From Flaccisagitta enflata (lineage: Eukaryota), in the NCBI GenBank assembly GCA_965153355.1, contig OZ231126.1, positions 8,928,001-8,992,000 of the forward strand: DNA of 64,000 nucleotides, read 5' to 3'. The notes beneath the pieces are model-generated. The model ran no database searches. It saw nothing but the letters and a program-made list of their open reading frames with translations, and was not told the DNA's origin. Both the position numbers and the translations under genes were made by a program. Positions within the stretch are counted from its first letter, which is position 1. Each line of letters begins with the position of its first letter. Below are positions 41,873-55,187 of this stretch, piece by piece.

Positions 41873-42243
41873 AGAATAATCAAGAGGCCTGTTATTGGCT
41901 GATTCCAACCCCACTGAATCATTGTGGTTGCAAAAAAAAAACTAAAAAGAGCATAGAGTATAGACTGAAGAATGATCCTAATCAAATGGAAAGAAAGATA
42001 CATAATGCGTTTATCTCTAACATTCACACGAAAATGTTCAAAAACCCATACTCAATGACTTATTGAACCTCCGAGATGTTAAAGAAGATATCTAATATAT
42101 TCTTGAGGTTTTTTTACAAAAAAATTCTTTGCATAAACTATGCAATTACTAAAGTTTTTCCATACTTTCGCTCTAGATAGTAATTGTTGTTGCAAATGTT
42201 GTTGTAAATGTTGTTGTAAATGTTGTTGTAAATGTTGTTGTTT

Positions 42244-42313
<70 letters not shown>

Positions 42314-42809
42314 CATTGTTGTCGTTGTTGTTGTTGTTGTTGAAGAGCGAACTACATGCCAGATTAACCCGATTTTTAGTCCGTAGGTAGGTAGGTCAGT
42401 CGGTGCTTTATCGGCAACTAGAAATTCAATTTTGAATTCAATTTTTACAATTTGAAAAATGTATTTATGGGGCTGCGAATCGTACGATGGTACCACCAAT
42501 GATTAAAGTAGCAAAAACAATAACGACAATAATGATATCTTTCTGAAAGTTTTTTACAAGAGACAAATGTTCTTTTTTTTTATTATTATTATTTTCTTTT
42601 GCCTTGCATATCTGTTTCCAAAACAGTCAATCATTTTCCTGATTGTCGTAATCTTGTCCTTGACGTTGATCTTGTCCTAAATTTCGTTCATGATTACATT
42701 ATACAGTAATGATCATGTTTTGATCTTGTCCTACATCAGTCATGACATTTATGATCACTATGATACAGTTATGATCATGTTTTGATCTTGTCCTACATCA
42801 CGTTTATGA

Positions 42810-42913
42810 TCACATGATACAGTTTCGGGATTCGGTTCCATCTTCGGTCATTTTGGTCCAACATTTCATCACGTATCCATCGGGTTTGCAAACGAAATAT
42901 TCCAACTCGTTCT
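42810..42913 (-). CDS. VWC-domain secreted protein, exon 5 (terminal)
   Basis: Acceptor gattttgcag|, peptide ENELEYFVCKPDGYVMKCWTKMTEDGTESRNCIM then TGA. The five exons total 465 nt (154 aa plus stop) with no internal stop. Confidence 0.85.
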
Positions 42914-43157
42914 CTGCAAAATCAGCGATCGTTATCATGTAAATTGTGAATAAGGTTGAGTGCGGGTGGGCAGGAGCATTAATGAATGATATTTGTACTC
43001 GTTTGGATGTAGCCAAAAACCGAAAACACCGAAAAAACAAAGTCATACGGAATGACTAACTTAACAGGTTGTACTGGACTGGTTAATAAGACATATTACA
43101 TAATTGCGATATTAGATAAATGAATAATAAATGAATAAGTGGATAAATGACATGTAC

Positions 43158-43247
43158 CTGGATTGAAGTATTTTTCATCGCTCGGCTTCACGACTTGTCC
43201 GAAAATCTCACAATTATCACCATTTGGACAAGTTGGACAACAATCAC
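43158..43247 (-). CDS. VWC-domain secreted protein, exon 4
   Basis: Acceptor ttttgtccctcag|, peptide GDCCPTCPNGDNCEIFGQVVKPSDEKYFNP (CCPxC VWC terminus), donor cag|gtacat. Confidence 0.9.
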
Positions 43248-43339
43248 CTGAGGGACAAAATGAACGGTTTAATGCACGTTTCTTTGAAATTTTTTGGTTA
43301 GATTTAACATTTCATATTTCTATTTCATTGTAGAATCAC

Positions 43340-43437
43340 CTTCTGCAGTGGTTGAGTCCACGCATGGAAGAGGCCATCGAGTTTGACAGTATGTTATGAC
43401 TTCTTCGCAGTGAGTCAAAATCTGATCGCCCTCCGTC
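43340..43437 (-). CDS. VWC-domain secreted protein, exon 3
   Basis: Acceptor gtttgcag|, peptide TEGDQILTHCEEVITYCQTRWPLPCVDSTTAE, donor ag|gtgatt. Phases 2/1. Confidence 0.85.
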
Positions 43438-43679
43438 CTGCAAACCACGAAATGGGGCGGGGCCCGGGCGCAAGGGCAGTCATCAAATGGGCTAATCAAG
43501 CATTAGGGCAGGGGCAGTGACGCGAACAAACGCCTAAAAACTTTAAAAAAGCAACCGACCAACCAACCGACCGACCTACAAAGCGTATCAAAAAGTCTTG
43601 TGCACGCGACCATGACCAAAGAGTCATTTGAAGGTAGCTGGCATTTCTTATATAACCAACATCAGCCGCGAGCAGAGGA

Positions 43680-44449
43680 ATTTGAATGCCGTGGCATTTG
43701 ATGCTGGAGGCCATACCGTCCGACAAAGCAGCATTTGAAGCTACACATAATAACCCAGTATGCAGTTGAATGTGATGCTAACAACCATACCTCTGTATGC
43801 ACAGTGCAGTTGCATCTGAAGCAGCAGATCATAGCTTTGGCCTTGGATGTAGTTGCATTGGAAGATGCATATCATACCTCTGTATGAAGTTTTCGATTTC
43901 TTTGACACTGTAGACCATACCTCTGTGTGCACTTACAAATGAAGCAGCAGCAGCAGATCATACCTTTTTATGCAGTTGCATTCGATGCTGCAGATCTTAC
44001 CACTGTATGCAGTTGCATTTGATGCTGCAGACCATACATCTGTACGCAGTTGCATTTAATGCTGCAGACTATATCTCTGTATGCAGTTGCATTTGATGCT
44101 GCAGACCATACCTCTGTACGCAGTTACATTTGATGCTGCAGATCATACCTCTGTACGCAGTGGCATTTAATGCTGCAGACGATACCTCTGTACGCAGTGG
44201 CATTTGTTGCTGCAGACCATACCTCTGTACGCAGTGGCATTTAATGCTGCAGACCATACCTCTGTACGCAGACGCATTTTATGCTGCAGACCATACCACT
44301 GTACGCAGTGGCATTTGATGCTGCATACCATACCTCTGTACGCAGACGCATTTTATGCTGCAGACCATACCACTGTGCGCAGTGGCATTTGATGCTGCAG
44401 AGTGCAGACCATACCTCTTTACGCAGTGGCATTTGATGCATGGGATATC
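43680..44449. repeat. 37-bp minisatellite (GCAGACCATACCTCTGTACGCAGTGGCATTTRATGCT), about 20 copies
   Basis: Direct reading. It overlaps the 3' end and donor of VWC exon 2 and decays toward lower coordinates. Confidence 0.95.
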
Positions 44450-44508
44450 CTTTGGGAAATCATCGCAGTTGTCAACGACGCGGACCGACTGCCTCTCGAT
44501 GAGTTGCT
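44415..44508 (-). CDS. VWC-domain secreted protein, exon 2
   Basis: Acceptor cctacttcag|, peptide QLIERQSVRVVDNCDDFPKDIPCIKCHCVK (CxxCxC motif), donor ag|gtatgg. Phases 1/2 fit the neighbouring exons. Confidence 0.85.
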
Positions 44509-45161
44509 CTGAAGTAGGCAAAGCATTTGAATACTTAGTATTTGAAAGTAATTTCGGTTCAAACTAATTCATGAGAACAACCTTGCGTGTGTCAAATCTT
44601 TCAAATATAATTTCTGACAAACAAGAAAAATGAACAAAAGACACTGCAAACAGTCATGCAAAATTTGACACTAGTGACCTCCAGAATGACAAAAGCCTAA
44701 AAATCAACTTTTGTGAGAACCGAATTACCGATGGACCGACTGACCGACAGACGGACAATGTGACCTGAAGAGTCGAGTAGCAACAACAACAACCAAAACA
44801 AAAAACTGGCTGTTTGCGAATTTGCTCTGATTTGTCAGTGATGAAATGTCAAGAGACACCTTTTTCCAGCCAAGGCCAATGTATAAGGTCTGTGCGATTC
44901 AATCATTTCAATTTATAATGTCCACTATTTTTGGTCGGTCGGTTGGTCTGTCCATCACTCCATCCGTCCGTCCGTCCTTGCAATGTTCTCTGGCCCTGCC
45001 AACTGCACGTGACTGCTAGGTTGACCTTTTCCTATCGTTTTATCAATGATTCGAATTCTTTTTTTCTTTTAGCAGTAGTATCCACTAATCGTAATACATT
45101 TTGCTAAGCACAGTATTTCACTTAGCAATTTTACAAACAGTATTTCACTTTGGAAGTTTAC

Positions 45162-45240
45162 TTGGTTTTGTTTCCTCCGCAAAACATTTGGTGAGGAGGA
45201 CGAGACCCACCAAAACAAACTTGAAGCGACCACAGCACAT
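45162..45240 (-). CDS. VWC-domain secreted protein, exon 1 (signal peptide)
   Basis: Reads aaaATG MCCGRFKFVLVGLVLLTKCFAEETKP, with a basic n-region, hydrophobic core and CFA cleavage-like site. Donor gtaaac, phase 1. Confidence 0.8.
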
Positions 45241-46729
45241 TTTCGTGTTGGACTTTGTTTTGCGGAGAATATCGTCGGAAAAAAATTCTATTTGAATATG
45301 ACAGAGCTAGATAAAACATGAATAATGTTGTGGCAGATGAGATCGAGCTTTATAATGCTCGCTCAACCGACAAGGTCGGACTGATGCTTAGCTTAGTACA
45401 GTAAAAAGTTGTTCAAACGAAATCTAAGGGGCCAAGAAGATATTTTGTTATAGAGATTATAGCCAATATAAAGTCTTATAGAACAAAAGAAATATACTGA
45501 AGGATCTTCTTTTGTCAGGCGAAAACTCATTACAGGCGCATCCTTTGGAACGCTATTTGACTGTAGTTCCTATGAAAGAAGACAATTTCGTTTTCGTTTC
45601 GTGCATGTGTTTCTATGAGTCACTTTGACAGGTCGTAGAGCAGCCAACCGGTCGGAAACATGTTGAATCCAGGCATTTTTTATACCTTATCAACTTTTCA
45701 ACATCGTCATTTTTGGCAATGTTATGTCATTTTATCGCACTATTTCATTGCACGCGTCTCCGGCCTCTATACCTTACTTGCTTCAATGCTTTTTATCTGA
45801 CCTTTCTGTGTCTTTTACTTTTTTAATCAATGTTTCATAAAACAAGGCCAACACCTATAAGTCGCGTGCGGTACATAAATAACTTAGGGTGACTTTTATT
45901 GACTCAAGATGACTTAAAATGACTTAAAATGACTTAAGACAACTTTAAATGACTTAAAAAGATAAAAAATGACTGAAATGACTACTTTGACCTATTAGAC
46001 TGAAGTGACTTGAAATAACTTAGAATGACTTAGAATGACTTAGAATGACTGAGAATGACTGAGAATGACTGAGAATGACTTAGAATGACTGAGAATGACT
46101 TAGAATGACTAGAAATAACCTAAAGTATAGTAAAAAAGTAAAGTGTGACGGACGGACCAACGGACGGACCGACGGACCGACAAAGCGGGTTGTAGAGTCG
46201 CATGTTTCCTCATCAAACAAACTCTTTTAAACCTTTTAGCGGTACTTAGTTGGAAATGAGTACTTTAATTCCTTTGATTAGCGCGTGCCCCTCTTTCCAG
46301 TTTGTCCTACTGTTTCTCAATGGTCAGTCGAACACGTAATTATCAAATCAACATGAAACATCCATGTGTTATTGTGTAAATACGAAGAGAAATTTGGCAT
46401 ACTATTGGTGCTAGCAATTCTGTAGTTCTGTCCGTCTGCCTGTGTGACCATACGCGGGTTCGCGAGGCTAAAACCACACGCTAAAAATGTCCCAGTCAGC
46501 TTTTCGACCGCCAATCGTCAACCCACAAAGTCCCACATGGCCACATCATCAAACTTCTTCCCACCCTCAGTCTCGAGAACAGCCTTCCGCATCTCACTTA
46601 ACCACTTCTCCGCAACACATCGCCAAAATGACCCCTAAATCAACCCACAACATTCATTACACCCCCTCTAGTCAAGGCTCTTCTCCTCCTCACCCCCCTC
46701 CCCACTCAACACCGCCAAAATGACCACTA

Positions 46730-47272
46730 CCACGCGGATAAAAAGATATGACGCACCTATTTTTTTGTTGATGAATAAGATAAAAACAAGGCCGGATACA
46801 CGGCAATTCAGTCGCAGACGGTTAGGCAGGACCAGTAATGCAAAAACCGATGGGAATTCAAAAATGTGACAGACCTACCAACCTACTGACATACCGACCG
46901 ACACAGCAAGGTGTAGAGTTGCATGTCCGCGACTAAAAACAATTAAAACTATTTTCAGCAAAAACATATTTTAAGATTTTCAAAAAAATTTTCATTACAG
47001 ACCAATCCCAGGTCTGTATCTCAAACGGTTTAGAAACTAGAGCTTTGCAAAGAGGATCACTATTTTATATAGGGATTGCAAAACTGAAATGGGCAATGTT
47101 TTCATTTACACTATTGCCATTTCTAAACGAAAAAAAATCGAAATACCAGAATGCCGCCAAATGAATATACTTTCAAAGGGGTTTTAAACAGTTTAAGATT
47201 TTAACTACTTATCTTAAGATTCATTTGCAATATTAGCTATTAAAAAGTGTGTCTTTTTTTTTATCCGCGCGG
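46730..47272. mobile_element. TA-flanked MITE containing a HINE-like insertion
   Basis: TIR CCACGCGGATAAAAAGA / TCTTTTTTTTTATCCGCGCGG with TA on both flanks. Confidence 0.65.
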
Positions 47273-47386
47273 TAAATCAAGCCACAACCCTCATCACACT
47301 CCTTCCTACGCTCACTCTAATCGACATCCTCCACTCCTAACCACCCACTCAACCCCCACCCAAAACCGTCGACCCCGTTGTCGTCG

Positions 47387-47418
<32 letters not shown>

Positions 47419-47419
47419 G

Positions 47420-47574
<155 letters not shown>

Positions 47575-48076
47575 GACAGTGAATTACATGCCTATCAATC
47601 AACTTTTTAGTGGCATGCTACCCGACTCTACACCCCGCTTTATCTGTCTGTCCGTCCGTCCGTCCGTCCGTCCGTACGTCCGTCATTCCCTCGGTTCGCT
47701 AATTGTAGTTGTTAACATGAGAGGATTTGTCCGTTCGTTTACTTATTGGTCAGTCGAACACGTAATTTGCTTAGAAGATTTGTCAATTCTTGTTTATCTA
47801 GTCAAGTAACGTTACGGGACTTGAATCCTCAATTAGTAAGTAACTGGACTAATCATTAAATCAACATGAAACATTCAACGTGTAAACACTGAGAGATTTG
47901 ACCTATTAACGGTGCTAGCAATTCTGAAGATATGTCCGTCTGTCCGTATGACCATGCGCAAGTCTGCATGATCACAAAATTTTAGTATTATGCAAAAACA
48001 TGCATTGCGCCCCTGTCCTATTGCACGTGAAAGGCCAGGTATAGGTACCAGTATTTGTTTATTAAAGGAATAAGCA

Positions 48077-48452
48077 CAGTTGAACCCCGCTCTAACGGAG
48101 CGGTTTTTCACGGATTTTCATCTGTAACAGATCATAGGAGACACCTCAGAACACTTCTTGCAAAGGTGAAGCTCTTTTTCTCAAATGTTCCGCAAGATTT
48201 TTTCCCAATTGCAACCTAGAAAACTCTGTCACCTTTCGGGTCGAAAAGAGAAAAAATTCTCCACTTTTGGAGAGCCAAATCAGTATTTTGACCAGCCAAA
48301 GCCGGGACCAAAAATAAATGAAATATAATAAAACAATAAGAAGACTGAAGTTGATTATCTGAGATGACTTTTTTTTTCTAATTTGGCATTAACAACTACA
48401 ACAGATAAAAATTTGTTGGTCCCCTTAAATCCGTTAGAACCGGATTTAACTG
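48077..48452. mobile_element. pogo/Tigger-like MITE (solo ends also at about 10867 and 16370)
   Basis: Termini CAGTTGAACCCCGCTCTAACGG and CCGTTAGAACCGGATTTAACTG followed by TA. Confidence 0.65.
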
Positions 48453-48691
48453 TAGTCACGATGCAATGATAATCATTCGCAAGGGAACCTTCTCATATGC
48501 TCTTTTTTTCAGAAGCTGGACAATAGATATTTTTACTAAATTTTATAGGTCAACTTTCAAATAGTATGAACTTGGATGTTTTCTTTGCCCCAAGTTGATT
48601 GGAATGACACGGACAATCACCTCTGATTCTCATCTCTGATTCATTTTTGGAGAAATATAGATAATGACAGAGCAAAAGGAAAAAAAAAGAA

Positions 48692-48782
<91 letters not shown>

Positions 48783-48783
48783 C

Positions 48784-48870
<87 letters not shown>

Positions 48871-48873
48871 TAT

Positions 48874-48932
<59 letters not shown>

Positions 48933-49219
48933 ACACACACACACATACACACGCACACTCACAGTCGCAATGATTAAGAAATGGCGTGGGGTTTTCCGTA
49001 GTAAGCCCCATATGTTTTCCCCAAGTCTAATGTCTTCATTTCTTATTGAATTTATTGTCTTGAGTCGACGAGGCCGTCACGGGGGGGGGCGGTTGTCGGC
49101 CGGGAGAGAATGATGAGCGCAACAATTCCTCTTTTCTCCAACAACATTATTTAAACAAGACGTCGTGTTGTAACGCCCCTGAAGGCAAAACATGAGGCCC
49201 TCCGAGAATTTGGTAACGA

Positions 49220-49252
<33 letters not shown>

Positions 49253-49254
49253 GG

Positions 49255-49329
<75 letters not shown>

Positions 49330-49443
49330 TTGTTTTTGTTTTTGTTGTTTTTGTTGTTGTTGTTTTTGTTGTTGTTGTTGTTGTTGTTGTTTTTGTTGTC
49401 GTTGTTGTTTTTTGTTTTTGTGGTTTTTATTGTTGTTGTTGTT

Positions 49444-50810
49444 CACTGTGCTTTTAAAACAAGGCGGGATACACGGCTACCGAAGTCGCGTGCGGGTGGG
49501 AAGGGGCCATATTTGAGGTCGCCAGACCTTTTGGGCAGGAGCAGTGAGGTCGAAGAAATAAAATCATAAAAAAAAGTAAAGTGTGACCAACCGACCGACC
49601 GACCGACGGACAAAGCGGGTTGAAGAGTCGCGTGCACGCGACTAAAAATTCTCAGTGGAAAGTCATATAACTGTGGGTTTTTCTGCATTTTTGAGTACAG
49701 TAGATCTCGTCTAGACTTGAGATAACGGGGGCAAGCACTGTGGAAAGACGAATGAAGCCAGGGGAGCAATATTTGGATCATAGACTAATCAAAGGATGCT
49801 TAATTCCCCATGATAGCTGGTTGCCATGGAATTACATTTCCATGTATTCTCGCTAAAATATCAATATTTTGAGAGATTTTTTTAGGGAACATTGCTTAAA
49901 ATCAAATTTGCTACAACTTTCCCACAGTATGTTCTGTAAGAATGTCGCTCGTTTGGCCGTTGCTAGGGAGCGTATCTATGTGTGACAACCCTTAGCAACC
50001 GCTAAATGAGCAACATTCTTACAGAACATACTGTGGGAAAGTTGTAGCAAATTTAATTTTAAAAAATTTTCCCTCAAAAAATTTCTCAAAATATTGATAC
50101 TTTAGCTTGAATACATGGAAATGTGTTTCCATGGCAACCAGCTATCATGGGCAAAAAAGCATCCCATTATAAGTCTATGGTTCAAATATCACTCCCTTGG
50201 CTTCATTTGTCTTTCTACAATGCTTGCCCTCGTTATCTCAAGTCTAGACGAGATCTACTGTAGTACTGGGATGTTAGAGCACGTAACTAGCAAAAATAAA
50301 ATCATTCCCCGTGCGCTTTTTGAGAAATCTTCAAAATAGAAAAAAATAAAACCTTTTTATAATGCAGATTCTAATAAGTTATATTGGCTCATTTTTTGAT
50401 TCCATATTGTTATTCTATACAAAATTTCCTTTCATTTGATAGGTCACACTATATGGTTTTATATAGAAATTAGGTTTTCATATTTTGAGCCACCGTTACT
50501 TTATTGTAACGGTGACTCAAAAAATGAAAATTTTAATTCTTTGCAAAAGTATACAGTGCGACCTATCAAATGAAAGGGAATTTTGCATAGATTAACAATA
50601 TAGAATCAGAAATTTAGTCAACAAATCCCAGAAGAATCTGCATTGAAATTAGGTCTTTTTTTTTCTGATTTTGAAGGTTACTCAAAAAGCGCTCAGGGAA
50701 TGATTTTGTTTTTGCTAGTTACATGCTCTCACACCCTAATACTGCTCAAAAATGCAGAAAAACCCACAGTTATATGACTTTTCACTCAGAATTGTTTTAA
50801 AAGCACAGTG
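49444..50810. mobile_element. Foldback element with CACTGTG...CACAGTG termini (Chapaev/Transib-like)
   Basis: TIR CACTGTGCTTTTAAAAC. Palindromic about a centre near 50500 once the nested inserts (49457-49648, 49698-50260) are removed. Inserted in (GTT)n. Confidence 0.8.
49698..50260. mobile_element. Fully palindromic TA-flanked MITE
   Basis: CAGTAGATCTCGTCTAGACTTGAGATAACG at both ends in inverted orientation. The arms meet near 49980. Confidence 0.85.
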
Positions 50811-50880
<70 letters not shown>

Positions 50881-51058
50881 AGTGTGGTTTTTATCATTTA
50901 TATAATGTTATTCCCGTTGTTTAATTGTTGCATCTCCAGCGGACCGACCGACACAGATATGTTCTAGAGTCGCGTGTCTGCGATTTGTAAGATAATACAC
51001 GACCAAATCTCAATGCTCCATGGATGTAATTAGGTGATGTTGTTTCGCAACAACAAGC

Positions 51059-51152
<94 letters not shown>

Positions 51153-51183
51153 AAACAACAACAACATCAAAGACAACATCAAT

Positions 51184-51310
<127 letters not shown>

Positions 51311-51426
51311 CTTCTGCAACTTTTGTGAAAATGATGAAGCTGCCGGAGTCACAAGAAAGCGGCGAAATTCCCACTGACAAACAAATATTCTTTTATTTTC
51401 AATGGGATGTGTGTGTGTGTGTGTAT

Positions 51427-51513
<87 letters not shown>

Positions 51514-52392
51514 GCTATGTAGATTGTAGATACAGACTTAACAAAATCAATCAAGGCGCTTACTTGTAAAATAATGAAGTGAACGTGTTCTAATTCTATT
51601 GATTAAAAGAATCTATAATATCTTCTTTTGGGAACATCGGCACATTTTCTATAGAGTAACAGCTGTGGCTTCCCTTATTTCCTGCCAACTCTCGTGCCCA
51701 GCGCCATACGGGAGTGTATAATTTTGGGGATGCCACCTCCAATTTGTGTCACGACAACTTTTAAGTGTCCCGATCAATCTGACTAATGATTTTTAGATGC
51801 GTCCGTCAGGAATGCATCTCTATAAGAGGGTATGTCCATCCATTCGTCGGTCCGTTGCACTAAAGGCCATGGAATGCGCTAGATGGCTCATTGGGTCAAA
51901 ATCCTTCATCTCTGCAATATGGCTAAAACTAAGTAGAATGGTCATAGTAGCATTTTAGCATACATTACCAGTCCATTTGACAGGTTTTATGGCGATTTAG
52001 AGTGAAAAAAAGCGACCTCAATGGACATTACAACGAAAAATGCTGAGTTTCAAGAAAAATCAATGATTTTTTTGGATTATCTGTTGAGGATACAAAAAGC
52101 TCATTATATCTTCAATATTGGATTGGATTCCTTCATTTATGATTACATGTCTAGAAAAATTTAAAAAAACATCATTTTTTACATTTTTAGCACTAATAGA
52201 TTAGCCTACAATAACTACATTTTTGACCTAATTTGCATGCTTTATTAACCAATGAATAAAAAAAATCGCACAAGGACGCACAATGAGCGACCTATGCCAA
52301 AATGTAGCTTAAGGGGTCCTGAATCCAGAATGCTATGGCTCAAGCCGTACAAAGACGTACAAATTGCGATTTTCTGGTCCTAAACTGGACAG

Positions 52393-54635
52393 CAGACTGG
52401 GCCGTAGGACCCTTATTAAGGCAGATCGGCTACCAACAGCAGGGACTGGCTTCATTCATCATAACAACAAGATTTGCCAAGTTTCATGACCATATGATTG
52501 ATTTTACTCATGGCCGCCACCCCCCCTAAAATCCCAGCATGAGGGTTGTTGTGGTAAAAATTCCAACTTTGGGTCACTTTAGCCTCAAAATTAGGCCCCT
52601 TCGAATTCAAATTTTGACCTAAAATCCATGAGATTATAAAACTAGCGCTCAAGAGCTAACTAGTGGTGCAATCCGCATGTTTTTATCTTAATTTGTTGAG
52701 ATTTGAGAGCATTTCAAAGATGAAAGGGTATAAGGGTCAAATTGCAGCTTATTTTCAGTGGCAATTTTGACATTTTTCACAAATTTGAACATATTTTGGC
52801 TTTGGATGGAGCAATCAGCATGAAATTGGTGATCAAATTTAAGAGTTTTTGCTGCTCTAGCTGATGGAAAAAAATTTTGGATCAATTTTGCCTTTAATTT
52901 TTTTAATTGACTGTAGAAGCAGGTGTAAAAAAGTGGATTTTCTTGAAAACTGAGCAATTTTTGGACAAAAAATTGGACCACTTCCATTTTTAAAAAAGAC
53001 TTAAAATCCATGAGCAAAATAAAGAGCTGCTCAAGAGCTAACTAGTTGTGCAATTGGCATGTCAATATGTTTTTGCATTTAGATTTTACAGAACTTTAAA
53101 GATCAAAGGGTATGTCAAAATGACCATTTATGGTCTCTTTGGCCGTTTTGGCCTCAATTTGGGGTCACTTTGCTGTAGAAATTGATAGAAAAATCTGTAA
53201 GATTATAAAACTAGAACTCAAGAGCTAACCAGTGGTGCAATCCGCATTTTTTTATCTTAATTTGTTAAGATTTTAGAGCATTTCAAAGATGAAAGGGTAG
53301 GAAGGTCAAATTGCAGCTTCAATTTCATTTTATCATACCCACTGTTCTTTGAAGCTCTGCTAAATCTACATGCTTCAACATATTGAGATGCCGATTGCAC
53401 CACTGGTTAGCTCTTGAGCTGTAGTTTAATTTGCTCATGTATTTCTTGTCTTTTTCTAGCTCGGAAGCACCAAAATTTTGTGACAAAAGTAACAAAATGG
53501 GCAAAAAAAATACTCTTTTTAGCACCTGATTCTACAGTCTCCAAAACATTTTGAGGGTCATATCGATCAAAAATTTTACCAGAATCAGTTAGAGCATCAA
53601 AAAAATCTTCAATTTGGTCACCAATTTTATCCATATTTGTCCATACAAAGCCGAGATATATCAAAAAATGTATTTATTGTCAAATTTGCCCCCCAAGTTT
53701 ATCCAGTAAAATAACCCTCATACTCTTCTACCTTTGAAATGCTCTCAAACTAAAACGAAAAATGATAGCAACATGCGGATTGCACCACTGGTTAGCTCTT
53801 GAGCTCTAGTTTTATAATCTCACAGATTTTTCTATCAATTTCTATGGCAAAGTTTACCCAAATTTAGGTCAAAATGGTCTAAGTGATCATAAATGGTCAT
53901 TTTGACATACCCTTTGATCTTTGAAGTTCTGTAAAATCTAAATGAAAAAACATATTGACATGCCGATTACACAACTAGTTAGCTCTTGAGCAGCTCTTTA
54001 TTTTGCTCATGGATTTTAAGTCTTTTTTGAAAATGGAAGTGGTCTAATTTTTTGTCCAAAACTACCCAATTTTCAAGAAAATCGACTTTTTTACACCTGC
54101 TTGTACAGTCAATAAAAAAAATCAAGGGCAAAATCGATCAAAATTGTTTTTACCATCAGCTAGAGCAGCAAAAACTTTTCAATTTGATCACCAATTTCAT
54201 GCTGATTGGTCCATCCAAAGCCAAAATATGTTCAAATTTGTGAAAAATGTCAAAATGTCAAAATTGCCACTGAAAATAAGCTGCAATGTGACCCTCATAC
54301 CCTTTCATCTTTGAAATGCTCTCAAATCTCAACAAATTAAGATAAAAACATGCGGATTGTAACACTAGTTAGCTCTTGAGCTCTAGTTTTATAATCTCAT
54401 GGATTTTAGGTCAAAATTCAAATTCGAAGGGGCCTAATTTTGAGGCCAAAGTGACCCAAAGTTGGAATTTTTACCACAACAACCCTCATGCTGGGATTTT
54501 AGGGGGGGTGGCGGCCATGAGTAGAATCGATCATATGGTCATGAAACTTGGCAAATCTTGTTGTTATGATGAATGAAGCCAGTCCCTGCTGTTGGTAGCC
54601 GATCTGTCTTCGTAAGGGTCCTACGGCCCAGTCTG
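52393..54635. mobile_element. hAT-like foldback element with inverted arms of about 0.9 kb
   Basis: TIR CAGACTGGGCCGTAGGACCCTTA and 8-bp TSD CTGGACAG at 52385-52392 and 54636-54643. Mirror ORFs on opposite strands (52452- and 54376+) reflect the arms. Confidence 0.9.
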
Positions 54636-54764
54636 CTGGACAGGTAATAATGCGGAAAAAAGGAAAAAAAGCAGTTTTGGTCGAATTATCTTGTTTTAAA
54701 TCAAACCGTTATGATTTGTGTTGCTCTTATTCTTCTAGGAACTTCCATCCGTATTTTCCTAGTA

Positions 54765-54881
54765 TCTTCTTCTTCTTCTTCTTCTTCTTCTTCTTCTTCT
54801 TCTTCTTCTTCTTCTTCTTCTTCTTCTTCTTCTTCTCAGTTGACTTTATAAAGGATGAATTCATTTCTGCAACCTTCACTC

Positions 54882-54913
<32 letters not shown>

Positions 54914-55078
54914 CTTCTTCTTCTTCTTCTTCTTCTTTTTCCTCTTCTTCTTTGTCTTCTTCTTCTTTTTCTTATTCTTCTTCTTCCTCATCTTCTTCTT
55001 CTTCATTGTCTTCTCTTTTTTCTTCTTCTTTGTGTAATGATACCAATGTGCAACGATGTCGTTGTTATCTCTCCTCAT

Positions 55079-55129
<51 letters not shown>

Positions 55130-55148
55130 CTCTCTTTCCTTCTTTCCT

Positions 55149-55187
<39 letters not shown>

